Below are positions 1 through 10,394 of a stretch of DNA of 32,738 nt, piece by piece. Within the stretch, counting starts at the first letter, position 1; every line of letters begins with the position of its first letter. Source of the stretch: Gammaproteobacteria bacterium (GTDB taxonomy: Bacteria; Pseudomonadota; Gammaproteobacteria; S012-40); NCBI GenBank assembly GCA_015491615.1, contig WFVN01000138.1, positions 1 to 32,738 of the forward strand, written 5' to 3'. The translations under genes were made by a program, and so were the position numbers. The notes below the pieces were generated by a model. It was not told the origin of the DNA and did not search any database. It saw nothing but the letters and a program-made list of their open reading frames with translations.

Positions 1-515
1 ATTTTGAGGAGCCGGTGGAATTTGTTGATGAAGTGGTCGTCGTAGCCGAACACCACCGAGGGGCGGAAGGCGGTGACGTGCAGGTCCGGGCTTTCGGCCG
101 CCATCACCGCCGCCTCGCCCTCGGCCTTGCTGCGCAGATAGCGGCTGGGGGCATCGGGGGCGGCGCGCAGGGCGCTCATGTGCAGCAGGCGGCGCACGCC
201 GTGGGCCCGGCATTGGTCCACCACCCGCTGGGGCAGGCGCACGTGCACGTCCTCGAAGCGGGCGTGGCGGTCCTCGTTGAGGATGCCCACCAGGTTGATG
301 ACCGCGTCCGCCCCCTCAATGACACCCGAGAGCTGGGCGTCGTCGTGGACGTCCGCTTCGATCAGATCCACCCCGGGGAGAATGCGCAGGTCCTTGTGCA
401 GATCGGGATGGGCGCTGGGGACACGCACGGCGAACCCCGCAGCGACCAGATCGTGGACGATGTGGCGGCCGATGAAGCCGCTCCCTCCCAATACGGTCAC
501 CCGTCGAATGATCAT
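1..515 (-). CDS. Complex I NDUFA9-like / atypical SDR NAD(P)-dependent epimerase family protein (partial, runs off the window start)
   Basis: Not in the ORF track because there is no stop in the window. Manual minus-strand translation from ATG 515: MIIRRVTVLGGSGFIGRHIV...DAVINLVGILNE...HMSAL...SRYLRSKAEGE...FRPSVVFG. It has the Rossmann GGSGFIG and YxxSK motifs, and an AAGGA RBS upstream. Confidence 0.88.
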   Translation of the reverse strand, partial: MIIRRVTVLGGSGFIGRHIVHDLVAAGFAVRVPSAHPDLHKDLRILPGVDLIEADVHDDAQLSGVIEGADAVINLVGILNEDRHARFEDVHVRLPQRVVDQCRAHGVRRLLHMSALRAAPDAPSRYLRSKAEGEAAVMAAESPDLHVTAFRPSVVFGYDDHFINKFHRLLK

Positions 516-549
516 GTGATTCCTTTTCCGTTTGGTATTGAGGATCCGC

Positions 550-576
550 ATTATAGCCAGCCGTGGCCCGTCTCAA
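550..576 (-). promoter_or_regulatory. Putative sigma70 promoter for the SDR gene
   Basis: Minus strand TTGAGA-N15-TATAAT, with a perfect -10 at 550-555 about 35 nt upstream of the ATG. The spacer is shorter than optimal. Confidence 0.4.
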
Positions 577-2525
577 CCCGCGTCGGGGGCGGCCACGGGT
601 GGCATGCGCCGGCGCAATGGATCGACGCGCCCGTCCAGGCGGTGGTCGAAGATGACGGTGTAGGCCATCACCCGCTGCACGTAGTGGCGGGTTTCATTGT
701 AGGGAATGGTCTCCACCCACAGATCGGCCGCCAGGGGCTGTTCTGGCAGCCACTGACGCACCCGCTGCGGACCGGCGTTGTACGCGGCGGTAGCCGCTAC
801 CAGATTGCCGCCGAAGGTGTCTCGCATGCGTTGCAGGTAGGCGGTACCGATGCGGATGTTCTTGTCCACGTCCAGCAATTCGCGACTGGAGCGCAGGCGG
901 GTGTTGATGAGGCGCGCGGTGAGGCGGCCAGTGCTGGGCATGACCTGCATCAGGCCCAGCGCGCCGGCGTGGGAACGCGCATCGGCCATGTATACGCTCT
1001 CCTGGCGGATGACGCCGTACACCCAGGCCGGGTCGATGCGAAGCTGGCGCGCCTGGGCGAGGACCTGCTCGCGGTACACCAAAGGGAAGCGCAGGTCCAG
1101 ATCGTCGAAATGGTCGCTGCGGGCGACGGTGAGGATGGCACGGTCGTGCCAACCCCAGCGGCTGGCCAGGACCGCCGCCATGCGCAGGCCCCGCTCGTCC
1201 AAATCGGCGATGGCGGCGTTCCACTCGCGACGGGCGTCAGCGAGCCGTCCCAGACGATACAACTCGCGGGCACGGACGATGCCCGGTCGCCGGGCGACGG
1301 CCGCCAGTTCTCCATCACTGAAGGTGAGCCGGTCGGAGCGGATGGGGTAAGCGCGCCCCAGACGGTCGGCGGCCAGGAAACCGTAATAGCCGCGTTCTCT
1401 GGAGAGACGTGTGAATTCCCGTCGCGCCGCCGACTCCAGGGCCGGGAGGCGCCCTGCGCGGGCCTCCAGGATCCGTGCCCGCCAGTAGCGCCAACGCTCG
1501 CCGTCCCGCTCGTCGGGAGGCAGGGCCTCGATCCAGGCCAGGGCGGCATCCCAGTCCTGTCGGGCGAGAGCGGACCGCACCCGCCATTCGCGCACGCGCG
1601 CATCCGCGTTGGGGACCGCCGCCAGCCAGGCGAGGGCCTGGGGCAAGCCTCGGTAGGCTGCGCGCAAGGCGATGTAGCGATCCACTTCCGCGACCACCTC
1701 CGCACCGTCCTCGGCCCGGTGCACCTCGCGCACGCCGGACCAGAAGTCGTAAGCAGCCTGTGGGTCGCGCCGGGCCAGACGCTTGACTCCGTAACGGACG
1801 ATCTCCCGTGCCAGGGGCAGGTCACGCCGGTATTCGTGGTGGTGGAGAGCCTCGGCGGGGGCACGCCGCATGCGAATCCAGCGCCGTACCCAGCGCTGGT
1901 CCGCGTCCGGCAAGGACTTGGCCAAATAGCGGGCCAGGGAAGTCCGACCATTTTGCATGACCAGGCGGATACGCGCCCACACCGCCTCCCGCGTGCGCCC
2001 GCCGTACTCGGCCCAGCGTTCGAAAACCGGATCGCAGGCGCGTGGCTGGGAGCGCCCCACCAACCACAGCCGTTCGGCCCGATCCATCGCCTCGCGGGTG
2101 CGACCGGTCTCGAACAGGGCACGGGCCTCGAGGCAGCGTAGGGTGGTGCCACCCACCGGCTGGTAATTCTCCAGGAACACCTCCCAACGCCCCTGGCGGG
2201 CGAGGCGCTTGAGCCAACGGGCACGCAAGCGATCGGCGATGGGCAGTTCACCGTGACGGGCGAGGAAAGTACGGATCTCGCTGTCGCTCACGCGCCGCAT
2301 CCAACGACGCAGGCGCTCGTATTCCAAGTAAGGCGCGAGTGGATAGGTTTCGATTTGTTGGAGCAGACGGCGGTAGGTGCGCAGGTGCCCGCGCTTGAGG
2401 GCCGCCTCGGCTTGTTGAAAAACGCGTCGCTCTTCTGCGTAAGGATCCGGCTCGGCGGCGACGGCGACACACGCCAGCGCCCAGGCGAACAGGAGAAGGA
2501 TTCCCCCCATGCGGTTCCGTGCCAT
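573..2525 (-). CDS. slt: Soluble lytic murein transglycosylase (Slt70-like)
   Basis: Signal peptide, long helical N-domain and C-terminal SLT domain with IRQES (catalytic Glu), GALGLMQVMP, AAYNAG and ETRHYV. Start placed at ATG 2525 after GAGGAG rather than the track's 2534. Confidence 0.93.
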   Translation of the reverse strand: MARNRMGGILLLFAWALACVAVAAEPDPYAEERRVFQQAEAALKRGHLRTYRRLLQQIETYPLAPYLEYERLRRWMRRVSDSEIRTFLARHGELPIADRLRARWLKRLARQGRWEVFLENYQPVGGTTLRCLEARALFETGRTREAMDRAERLWLVGRSQPRACDPVFERWAEYGGRTREAVWARIRLVMQNGRTSLARYLAKSLPDADQRWVRRWIRMRRAPAEALHHHEYRRDLPLAREIVRYGVKRLARRDPQAAYDFWSGVREVHRAEDGAEVVAEVDRYIALRAAYRGLPQALAWLAAVPNADARVREWRVRSALARQDWDAALAWIEALPPDERDGERWRYWRARILEARAGRLPALESAARREFTRLSRERGYYGFLAADRLGRAYPIRSDRLTFSDGELAAVARRPGIVRARELYRLGRLADARREWNAAIADLDERGLRMAAVLASRWGWHDRAILTVARSDHFDDLDLRFPLVYREQVLAQARQLRIDPAWVYGVIRQESVYMADARSHAGALGLMQVMPSTGRLTARLINTRLRSSRELLDVDKNIRIGTAYLQRMRDTFGGNLVAATAAYNAGPQRVRQWLPEQPLAADLWVETIPYNETRHYVQRVMAYTVIFDHRLDGRVDPLRRRMPPVAAPDAG

Positions 2526-2596
2526 ACTCCTCAAGTTCCCTGCGCGAGCATCCGCTTCATTCTAGCCCCAACTCCAACTCTGTGACGAGGTGAGTC

Positions 2597-3961
2597 ATGG
2601 CCTTCCGATCCGTCAACCCCGCCACCGGCGAAACCGTCTTCCAACAACCAGCCTGGGACGAGGCCGCGCTGGACGCGGCTTTGCAAGAAGTGGCCCAGGT
2701 CACACCTGCTTGGATGGAGACCCCTATCCAACGGCGCACCAAACTCATGGCGCGGGCGGGCGAGGTGCTGCGTGGGCGACGCGACGAGCTGGCCCGCCTC
2801 ATCACCGAGGAGATGGGCAAGCTGTACAAAGAGGCCCAGGCGGAAGTGGAGAAATGTGCCTGGGTGTGCGAGTTCTATGCCCAGGAGGGTCCTGGCTTCC
2901 TCGCCGACGAGGTGCGCGAATCCGACGCCGGGCGTTCCCTGGTGGCCTTCCAGCCCCTGGGCACGGTGCTCGCGGTGATGCCCTGGAACTTCCCCCTCTG
3001 GCAGGTCTTCCGCTTCGCCGCTCCGGCCCTGGTGGCCGGTAACACCGGCGTCCTCAAGCACGCCTCCAACGTCCCCCGTTGCGCCCTGGCCATCGAATCG
3101 GTGTTCCGCGAGGCGGGCTTCCCGGACGGCGTGTTCCGCACCCTCATGATCCGCGCCGATCAGGTGGCGCGAGTGATCGACGATCCGCGCGTGCACGCCG
3201 TCACCCTCACCGGCTCGGAACCGGCGGGCCGGCGGGTGGCCGCCGAGGCGGGGGCACAGATCAAGAAGACGGTACTGGAATTGGGCGGCTCCGACGCCTT
3301 CGTCGTTCTCGACGACGCCGACCTGGATCTGGCGGTACAGGAGGGGGTCGCCTCCCGCTTCCTCAACGCCGGCCAGAGCTGCATCGCCGCCAAGCGCTTC
3401 ATCCTCGTGGAGGCCGTGGCCGAGGCCTTCCTGGAACGTTTCAAGGCGGCGGTGGAAGCCCTGCGCCCCGGCGACCCCATGGACCCGGACACCACCCTCG
3501 CCCCCATGGCCCGCAAGGACCTGCGTGCGGAGCTCCACGAGCAAGTGACCCGCTCCATCGACCAGGGCGCGGTACCCCTCACCGGCTGCCGTCCCTTATC
3601 TAGGCCGGGTATCTTCTACGCCCCCTCCATCCTCGACCGCGTGGGCCCGGGCATGGCCGCCTACGAAGAAGAACTGTTCGGCCCCGTGGCCATTGTCATC
3701 CGCGCCCGCGACGAGGACGACGCCCTGCGCATCGCCAACGACTCCCGCTTCGGCCTCGGCGGTAGCGTGTGGACCCGCGATGCCACCCGCGGCGAGGCCT
3801 TTGCCCGGCGCATGGCCTGCGGCTGCGCCTTCGTCAACGGCATGGTCAAATCCGATCCACGCCTGCCCTTCGGCGGTATCAAGGTCTCCGGTTACGGGCG
3901 CGAGCTCGCGCGCGAGGGGATCCGCGAGTTCGTCAACGTCAAGACCCTCTGGATCCGCTGA
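2597..3961 (+). CDS. NAD(P)-dependent succinate-semialdehyde dehydrogenase-like aldehyde dehydrogenase (Sad/GabD1 type)
   Basis: ALDH motifs MPWNFP, LKHA, TGSE, LELGGSD, NAGQSC (catalytic Cys), EELFGP and PFGGIKxSGYGRE; GAGG RBS. Substrate is inferred from family resemblance. Confidence 0.88.
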   Translation: MAFRSVNPATGETVFQQPAWDEAALDAALQEVAQVTPAWMETPIQRRTKLMARAGEVLRGRRDELARLITEEMGKLYKEAQAEVEKCAWVCEFYAQEGPGFLADEVRESDAGRSLVAFQPLGTVLAVMPWNFPLWQVFRFAAPALVAGNTGVLKHASNVPRCALAIESVFREAGFPDGVFRTLMIRADQVARVIDDPRVHAVTLTGSEPAGRRVAAEAGAQIKKTVLELGGSDAFVVLDDADLDLAVQEGVASRFLNAGQSCIAAKRFILVEAVAEAFLERFKAAVEALRPGDPMDPDTTLAPMARKDLRAELHEQVTRSIDQGAVPLTGCRPLSRPGIFYAPSILDRVGPGMAAYEEELFGPVAIVIRARDEDDALRIANDSRFGLGGSVWTRDATRGEAFARRMACGCAFVNGMVKSDPRLPFGGIKVSGYGRELAREGIREFVNVKTLWIR

Positions 3962-4030
3962 ACGCTCAAGTCCGCGCCCCCTGCACCCGACAAATAGAAC
4001 GACGACCCGAGCGACCCCAGGAGCGGCGAC

Positions 4031-4882
4031 ATGGCGGCACGGAGACTGGATCTGGACCGGCTACCCCCTTTGCCTGACGTGGCTCGCCGGCTTCTCACCA
4101 TGGACGAGGACGCGGTGGGGACCCGGCAAGTGGCCGAATGGGTGGAGCTGGACCCGGCCCTCGCCGCGCACGTGGTGCGTCATGCCAGCTCCCCCGTGCT
4201 GGGGGTGCGCGAGCGCGTCCACTCCATCCACGAGGCGATCATGCGCCTGGGGGTGAACAAAGTCACCGAACTGGCCCTCGGGCTTGCCGCCGGCAGTGTC
4301 TTCCACCTGCCTGCCCACGGCCCCCTGGGGGCGCACGACTTCTGGCGCCACGCCGTCTTCACCGCCGCTCTCATGCATCGCCTGGCCGGCACCCTCCCCG
4401 ATTTCGGCGCCACCAAACCGGGCATGGCCTACCTCGCCGGCCTGCTGCACAATATCGGCCTGCTCGCTCTGGCGCACCTGGAACCAGAGGACTTCAAGGC
4501 CCTCAACCGCCTTGCCCAGAACGAGCCAGACACCCCCCTGGGCGACCTGGAACAACGCCTGGGCATCGAAGACCACGCCCACCTCGGCGCCCGCCTCCTG
4601 CGTCACTGGCGCATGCCGCAGGCGACGGTGGTCACCGCCCAGGCCCATCACGAGCCCCACTACCGGGGAGAAATGCACACCTACGCCAACCTGTGCAACG
4701 TGGCCATCGGCGTGGTCAAGGAACGCCTGGGGGTCGGCGATGGCGACGCCGGTTACAGCGACGGCCCGGCCCTCGCCGCCCTCGGCCTGGACGCCGGCCA
4801 AGTGAACAAGGAATGGGAGGCCCTGTGTCAATTCGAAGACGACCTGCAAGCCGCCGCCACCGCCCTCTCCAATCTGGGCTGA
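4031..4882 (+). CDS. Stand-alone HDOD domain signalling protein
   Basis: LPPLP start, DPALAA, SIHEAIMRLG, FWRHA, AGLLHNIG, HAHLGARLLRHW and HHEP; AGGAG RBS. Confidence 0.88.
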   Translation: MAARRLDLDRLPPLPDVARRLLTMDEDAVGTRQVAEWVELDPALAAHVVRHASSPVLGVRERVHSIHEAIMRLGVNKVTELALGLAAGSVFHLPAHGPLGAHDFWRHAVFTAALMHRLAGTLPDFGATKPGMAYLAGLLHNIGLLALAHLEPEDFKALNRLAQNEPDTPLGDLEQRLGIEDHAHLGARLLRHWRMPQATVVTAQAHHEPHYRGEMHTYANLCNVAIGVVKERLGVGDGDAGYSDGPALAALGLDAGQVNKEWEALCQFEDDLQAAATALSNLG

Positions 4883-5487
4883 CCGCCCTCCTCCTCGCCC
4901 TCGCCCTGCCCCTCCAGGCCGAACCCGGGCGCGCCCTCCTCCAGGAGACCGCCGCTACCGCGGACACCGGTCGCATCCACATCGACCTCATCAACGGCAC
5001 CGGCGGCGCCACCCGCACCGCCCCCAGCCTGGTGCGCGTGGGCAGCCGCGCCGGAGAGTGGCAGATCGCCCGCGACGCCCTCGGATTCAAATATCCCGCC
5101 GGTCGCGCGGTGGCGGTATACGGACGTCTCGGCCTGGACACCGGCGCCGGACGCAGCGACGCCGTCGCCGGGCTGGCCTGGAGTGGTCGCAGCGGTCGCC
5201 TGCGCCTCAACCTCAACCCGGAGCTTTCCAAGGCCGGCGACACCCCCCACCTGTATCTCAACGGCGCCGCCCGCCTCGGGCTACCCCTGCCCGCCGGTCA
5301 TCCCGGTCGCCTCGCCGGCATCCTGGAGGCCAGCCTCTCCGACGAAGCAGGAAGGGAACTGGCCATCGTCGGCGGCCTGCGCTGGCAACTCCATCCCGCC
5401 CTCACCCTCGATGCGGTGATCCTCACCGCCGGCCCGGTGAACGCCATCGGGACCCCTACCGCCCTGCGCCTCTGTCTGGGCCTGTGA
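4813..5487 (+). CDS. Hypothetical exported protein, possibly a small outer-membrane beta-barrel
   Basis: 3' part of track ORF 4138..5487. From ATG 4813 (AAGGA upstream) there is a basic N-region, hydrophobic LTALLLALALPLQA/E signal, and alternating amphipathic strands (VAVYGRLGLD, LRLNLNPEL, GGLRWQL, LRLCLGL). Start is uncertain because it overlaps the HDOD gene by 70 nt. Confidence 0.55.
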   Translation: MGGPVSIRRRPASRRHRPLQSGLTALLLALALPLQAEPGRALLQETAATADTGRIHIDLINGTGGATRTAPSLVRVGSRAGEWQIARDALGFKYPAGRAVAVYGRLGLDTGAGRSDAVAGLAWSGRSGRLRLNLNPELSKAGDTPHLYLNGAARLGLPLPAGHPGRLAGILEASLSDEAGRELAIVGGLRWQLHPALTLDAVILTAGPVNAIGTPTALRLCLGL

Positions 5488-5499
5488 AAGCCACCGGCG

Positions 5500-5533
5500 C
5501 TGTCACCAAACTGTAACATTGCCTCCGTACCAT
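5500..5533 (+). promoter_or_regulatory. Pho box (PhoB site) with -10 element for the pst operon
   Basis: CTGTCAC-CAAA-CTGTAAC at 5500-5517 matches the 11-bp-periodic consensus CTGTCAT-A(A/T)A(T/A)-CTGTCA(C/T). TACCAT follows 10 nt later (5528-5533), about 45 nt upstream of pstC. Confidence 0.85.
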
Positions 5534-5576
5534 CCGGCTTCCGGTCCCACGTGGCCGGCCTTGGAGCCCGAACCCC

Positions 5577-7814
5577 ATGTCCGCCTTCGAACCGTCCCTG
5601 AGCTATCGACGCTGGCGCCACCTCAAGGACCGCCTGGCCAAGCACGGCGTGGCCATCGGCGGGGTGGGCGTGATCGTCGCCATCACCCTCATCTTCTTCT
5701 ATCTCCTCCTCGTCGTCCTGCCCCTGTTCAAACCGGCGGAAATGGAAGCGGGGCCCAGTTTTTCTCTCACCGACGCTCCCCAGGCCATCCACTACCTCAC
5801 CGTGGACGAGTACGTGGAGGTGGGCCTGGCGGTGGACGAGGCCGGTCGGGCCCTGTTCTTCTCCACCGCCGACGGCCACCCCCTCGAACGCATCGACATC
5901 GAGCTCCCTCCGGGGGCCCGCGTCACCGCCTTGGGCAAGGGCGACCCGGCCATCGAGATCCTCGCCCTAGGGCTGGACAACGGCCAGGTGGTGGTAGTCA
6001 AGCCGGTGTACAAGATCAGCTACCCCGATGACCGCCGCCACATCACCCCTACGTTGGAATATCCCCTGGGCACCGACCCCATCGATCTGGACGAGGACGG
6101 CGCCCCCTTGCGCGCGGTGGCTCTGCAGATGGGCGAGGAGCAGGCCACCCTCGCCGCCGTGGGCGAGTCCGGCCAGGTGTTCGTCGCCAACCTCGCCATC
6201 GAGGAATCGTTCCTCGGCGAGGGCTTCAGCTTCGAACAAGAAAACACCGTCATCGAACCGGACCTGGACGACATCCGCTACCTCCTGGTGAGCGGCCCGC
6301 AGACCGAGCTCTACCTCGCCAACGGCGACGGCAACGCCCTCCTCTATGACCTGCGCGACCCTACCGAGCCCGAGCTCCTGCAACGCCTGGACCTCACCCC
6401 GCCGGGGGTACGCCTCACCAGCCTGCGCTTCCTCACTGGCAGCGTCTCCCTCATGGTCGGTGATTCCCGCGGCCACATCGCCCAATGGTTTCCGGTGAAC
6501 GAACGGGGCCGCCCGCGCTTGGTACACGTGCGCGAATTCGCCGAGCAGGACGCAGCCATCACCGACATCGCCCCGGAACACGGCCGTCGTGGTTTCGTCG
6601 CCGCCGATGCCAAAGGCCGGCTGGGGGTGTACTACACCACCTCCGAGCGTCTCCTGGCCTTGGCCCCCGTCACCGATGTCCCCGTCGCCAAGGTGGCGGT
6701 GAGCCCGCGCGCCGACGCCGCCCTGGTGCTGGATGCACAAGGACGCCTGCACGTCTTTCGCATCCACAACGAGCACCCGGAGATCTCCTTCAAGTCCCTG
6801 TGGGGCAAGGTGTGGTACGAGGGCTACAGCGAGCCGGCCCATCTCTGGCAATCCTCCGCCGCCACCACCGACTTCGAGCCCAAATTCAGCCTCACCCCCC
6901 TGGCGCTGGGCACCCTCAAGGCGGCCTTCTACGCCATGCTGGTGGCCGTCCCCCTGGCCATCATGGGGGCCATCTACACCGCCTACTTCATGTCCCCGGG
7001 GTTGCGCCGAGTGGTGAAACCCACCATCGAGATCATGGAGGCCCTGCCCACCGTGATCCTCGGCTTCCTCGCCGGCCTGTGGCTGGCCCCTTACGTGGAG
7101 GCCCATCTGCCCGGCATCTTCGCCAGCCTCCTCATCTTGCCCGCTGGCGTCCTCCTGTTCGCCTATCTGTGGCAGCGCCTGCCCCGCACCTTGCGTGCGC
7201 ATGTGCCCGACGGTTGGGAACCCCTGTTACTGCTGCCGGTACTGGCCGCGCTCACTGCCCTGGCCATGTGGCTCAGCTATCCCATGGAAGAACTCTTCTT
7301 CGAAGGCGACATGCGTAACTGGCTGGCCAACGATCTCGGTATTCCCTTCGACCAGCGCAACGCCATCGTCGTCGGCCTGGCCATGGGCTTCGCCGTCATC
7401 CCCACCATCTTCTCCATCACCGAGGACGCCATCTTCCAAGTGCCCAAGCACCTCACTTTCGGCTCCCTGGCCCTCGGCGCCACCCCGTGGCAGACCCTCA
7501 CCCGGGTGGTCATCCTCACCGCCAGCCCCGGCATCTTTTCGGCAGTGATGATCGGTCTCGGGCGCGCCGTGGGAGAAACCATGATCGTCCTCATGGCCAC
7601 CGGTAACACGCCGGTGATGGACTGGAGCCCCTTCCAGGGCATGCGCACCCTGTCGGCCAACATCGCCGTGGAGATGCCCGAATCGGAGGTGGACAGCACC
7701 CACTACCGGGTCCTGTTCCTGGCCGCCCTGGTACTGTTCTTGTTCACCTTCGCCGTCAACACCGCGGCGGAGATGGTCCGTCAACGCCTGCGCAAGAAAT
7801 ACAGCAGCCTATGA
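5577..7814 (+). CDS. pstC: Phosphate ABC transporter permease PstC, long form with a large periplasmic beta-rich domain
   Basis: C-terminal permease with [34 protein letters not shown] and RTLSANIAVE; N-terminal TM plus ~380 aa soluble insert; first gene after the Pho box. Confidence 0.92.
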   Translation: MSAFEPSLSYRRWRHLKDRLAKHGVAIGGVGVIVAITLIFFYLLLVVLPLFKPAEMEAGPSFSLTDAPQAIHYLTVDEYVEVGLAVDEAGRALFFSTADGHPLERIDIELPPGARVTALGKGDPAIEILALGLDNGQVVVVKPVYKISYPDDRRHITPTLEYPLGTDPIDLDEDGAPLRAVALQMGEEQATLAAVGESGQVFVANLAIEESFLGEGFSFEQENTVIEPDLDDIRYLLVSGPQTELYLANGDGNALLYDLRDPTEPELLQRLDLTPPGVRLTSLRFLTGSVSLMVGDSRGHIAQWFPVNERGRPRLVHVREFAEQDAAITDIAPEHGRRGFVAADAKGRLGVYYTTSERLLALAPVTDVPVAKVAVSPRADAALVLDAQGRLHVFRIHNEHPEISFKSLWGKVWYEGYSEPAHLWQSSAATTDFEPKFSLTPLALGTLKAAFYAMLVAVPLAIMGAIYTAYFMSPGLRRVVKPTIEIMEALPTVILGFLAGLWLAPYVEAHLPGIFASLLILPAGVLLFAYLWQRLPRTLRAHVPDGWEPLLLLPVLAALTALAMWLSYPMEELFFEGDMRNWLANDLGIPFDQRNAIVVGLAMGFAVIPTIFSITEDAIFQVPKHLTFGSLALGATPWQTLTRVVILTASPGIFSAVMIGLGRAVGETMIVLMATGNTPVMDWSPFQGMRTLSANIAVEMPESEVDSTHYRVLFLAALVLFLFTFAVNTAAEMVRQRLRKKYSSL

Positions 7815-9472
7815 ACGTGCGCGCCTGGTTCAAGAGCGGTTCCCCTTGGGTATGGCTCAACGCCGCCGCGGTGAGCGCCAGCATTCTCATGGTAGTGGGC
7901 CTGCTCGCCCTCATCGCCGCCCGCGGCCTGGGCCATTTCTGGCCGCACCCGGTGGTCGCCTTCACCTATCACGAAGGACCGGATCAGAGCCGCCGTATCA
8001 TCGGCGAGATCCAGGACGACGAAGAACTACCCGCTTCGCGCTTGCGCGAAGCCGGATATTGGCTCCCCGACGGCACCGGCGAGCGCATCACCCGTTACCT
8101 GGTCAAGGTAGGCAACCGGGACGTGTACGGGGCCGACTTCTTCTCCGCCGCCTCCAGCAACATGGGTCCCTGGGAATACCCCCGCGGCATCTTCGTGGCG
8201 GAACGCTGGGAGTGGGGCAACTTCTACGGCTTCCTGCGGCAAGTGAAAGAGGCCGGGCACGTAGTGGCCGAAGGCGACGGGGCCTGGACCGTCCTCCAAG
8301 AACGTCTGAGCCGGGTGCGTGAACTGCATGACGCCATCCGCCGCCTGGAAAAGGACGAGATCGGCGCCATCAACTACCGCATGGAGCGCCTGCGCCTGAA
8401 AGAGCGGGGTTACGAGCTGGACGGCGAGCTCACCCCGGCGCGCAAGGCCGAGATCGAGATGGAACGGGCCCGTCTGCAACGGGAATACGAAACCGTCCAG
8501 GCGCGCCTCCAAACGCTCTATCGGGACATCCGGCGGGACAGCTTCACCGCCGAGGTGATGACCGGACAAGTGGTGGAGATTCCCCTCGCTACGGTGGTAC
8601 GCGCCTATCGCCCCAACGCCATGGGTCCGTTCGAGAAGGTCGGCCACTACCTGGCCAAGCTGTGGGAGTTCGTCTCCGAAGAACCACGTGAGGCGAATAC
8701 CGAGGGCGGCGTCTTCCCGGCCATCTTCGGCACCGTGATGATGGTCCTCATCATGAGCGTGTTCGTCACCCCCATGGGCATCGTCGCCGCCGTCTACCTG
8801 CGCGAATACGCCAAACAAGGGCCCCTGACACGCGTCATCCGCATCTCCGTCAACAATCTCGCCGGTGTGCCCTCCATCGTCTATGGCGTCTTCGGCCTGG
8901 GCTTCTTCGTCTATTTCCTGGGCGGCAACATCGACCGCCTGTTCTTCCCCGAGGCCCTGCCCTCACCCACTTTCGGCACCCCCGGCATCCTCTGGGCCTC
9001 CCTCACCCTGGCCCTGCTCACCCTGCCGGTGGTCATCGTCTCCACCGAGGAGGGTCTTTCGCGCATCCCCAAATCCCTACGCGAAGGGAGCCTGGCCCTG
9101 GGGGCGACCAAGGCGGAGACCCTCTGGCGGGTGGTTCTGCCCATGGCCAGCCCCGCACTCATGACCGGCCTCATCCTCGCGGTGGCGCGCGCCGCCGGCG
9201 AGGTGGCGCCGTTGATGTTGGTGGGGGTGGTGAAACTGGCCCCCGCCCTGCCCCTGGACGGCAACTTCCCCTTCCTGCACCTGGAGCGTAAATTCATGCA
9301 CCTGGGTTTCCATATCTACGACGTCGGTTTCCAGAGCCCCAACGTGGAAGCAGCACGTCCCCTGGTGTACGCCACCGCCCTGCTCCTGGTGCTGGTGATC
9401 GTGGTCCTGAACCTCACCGCCATCCAGATCCGCAACCGTCTGCGCGAGAAATACCGCTCCTTGGAAACTTGA
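7811..9472 (+). CDS. pstA: Phosphate ABC transporter permease PstA, long form
   Basis: [32 protein letters not shown] and ARAAGEVAP; ATGA overlap with pstC. Confidence 0.93.
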   Translation: MNVRAWFKSGSPWVWLNAAAVSASILMVVGLLALIAARGLGHFWPHPVVAFTYHEGPDQSRRIIGEIQDDEELPASRLREAGYWLPDGTGERITRYLVKVGNRDVYGADFFSAASSNMGPWEYPRGIFVAERWEWGNFYGFLRQVKEAGHVVAEGDGAWTVLQERLSRVRELHDAIRRLEKDEIGAINYRMERLRLKERGYELDGELTPARKAEIEMERARLQREYETVQARLQTLYRDIRRDSFTAEVMTGQVVEIPLATVVRAYRPNAMGPFEKVGHYLAKLWEFVSEEPREANTEGGVFPAIFGTVMMVLIMSVFVTPMGIVAAVYLREYAKQGPLTRVIRISVNNLAGVPSIVYGVFGLGFFVYFLGGNIDRLFFPEALPSPTFGTPGILWASLTLALLTLPVVIVSTEEGLSRIPKSLREGSLALGATKAETLWRVVLPMASPALMTGLILAVARAAGEVAPLMLVGVVKLAPALPLDGNFPFLHLERKFMHLGFHIYDVGFQSPNVEAARPLVYATALLLVLVIVVLNLTAIQIRNRLREKYRSLET

Positions 9473-9474
9473 AG

Positions 9475-10335
9475 ATGAATGACGAGACCGCGAACAAACC
9501 GACCCTGGACCGACCGGCCACCCACGCCATCGACATCGCCAACCTGCAGCGCGGCGGCGAACGCATGGACCTGGCCCAGGAGGACATCGCCCTCAAGGTG
9601 GAGAACCTGCGCCTGTGGTACGGGGAGAAACAGGCCCTCAAGGGCATCGACATGGACATCCCCCGCACCCGGGTGACCGCCTTCATCGGCCCCTCCGGTT
9701 GCGGCAAGTCCACCCTCCTGCGTTGCTTCAACCGCATGAACGATCTGGTGGACAACGTGCGCATCGAGGGCCGCATCCTCCTCGACGACCGGGACATCTA
9801 CGACCCCGCCCTGGACGTGGCCGAACTCAGAAGACGGGTGGGAATGGTGTTCCAGAAGCCCAACCCATTCCCCAAGTCCATATACGAGAACGTGGCCTAC
9901 GGCCTGCGTATCCAGGGCATCAACGACCGCCGCATCCTCGACGAGGTGGTGGAGAAGTCCCTACGCCGCGCCGCCCTCTGGGACGAGGTGAAAGACCGCC
10001 TGCAGGACAACGCCTTGGGCCTCTCCGGCGGTCAGCAGCAGCGCCTGGTCATCGCCCGCGCGGTCGCGGTGGAGCCGGAGGTGCTGCTCCTGGACGAACC
10101 CGCCTCCGCCCTCGACCCCATCTCCACTCTCAAGATCGAGGAGCTCATCTACGAGCTCAAGTCCAACTACACCATCGTCATCGTCACCCACAACATGCAA
10201 CAGGCGGCGCGCGTCTCCGACTACACCGCTTTCATGTACATGGGCGAGCTCATCGAGTTCGGCGACACCGACGGGTTGTTCACCAATCCCAAGAAGAAAC
10301 AGACCGAAGACTACATCACCGGCCGTTACGGCTGA
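9475..10335 (+). CDS. pstB: Phosphate ABC transporter ATP-binding protein PstB
   Basis: Walker [52 protein letters not shown] and C-terminal YITGRYG. ATG 9475 preferred over TTG 9469. Confidence 0.96.
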   Translation: MNDETANKPTLDRPATHAIDIANLQRGGERMDLAQEDIALKVENLRLWYGEKQALKGIDMDIPRTRVTAFIGPSGCGKSTLLRCFNRMNDLVDNVRIEGRILLDDRDIYDPALDVAELRRRVGMVFQKPNPFPKSIYENVAYGLRIQGINDRRILDEVVEKSLRRAALWDEVKDRLQDNALGLSGGQQQRLVIARAVAVEPEVLLLDEPASALDPISTLKIEELIYELKSNYTIVIVTHNMQQAARVSDYTAFMYMGELIEFGDTDGLFTNPKKKQTEDYITGRYG

Positions 10336-10394
10336 ACGGCGCACTCCGGGCCACGCCACGGTCCAAGGGAAAGGCCCGCCGCGGAGGAAAGCAC

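Noticed and set aside
15-2141. 708-aa + strand ORF
   Set aside because: Antisense shadow of slt and the SDR gene; no motifs, and typical of high-GC DNA.
4138-4812. N-terminal part of the 449-aa ORF
   Set aside because: Out-of-frame overlap with the HDOD gene, Arg/Pro-rich; only the 3' part looks protein-like.
9615-10394. Apparent long N-terminal extension of PhoU or a pstB-phoU frameshift fusion
   Set aside because: pstB is complete with its own stop and phoU has its own RBS and ATG at 10395.
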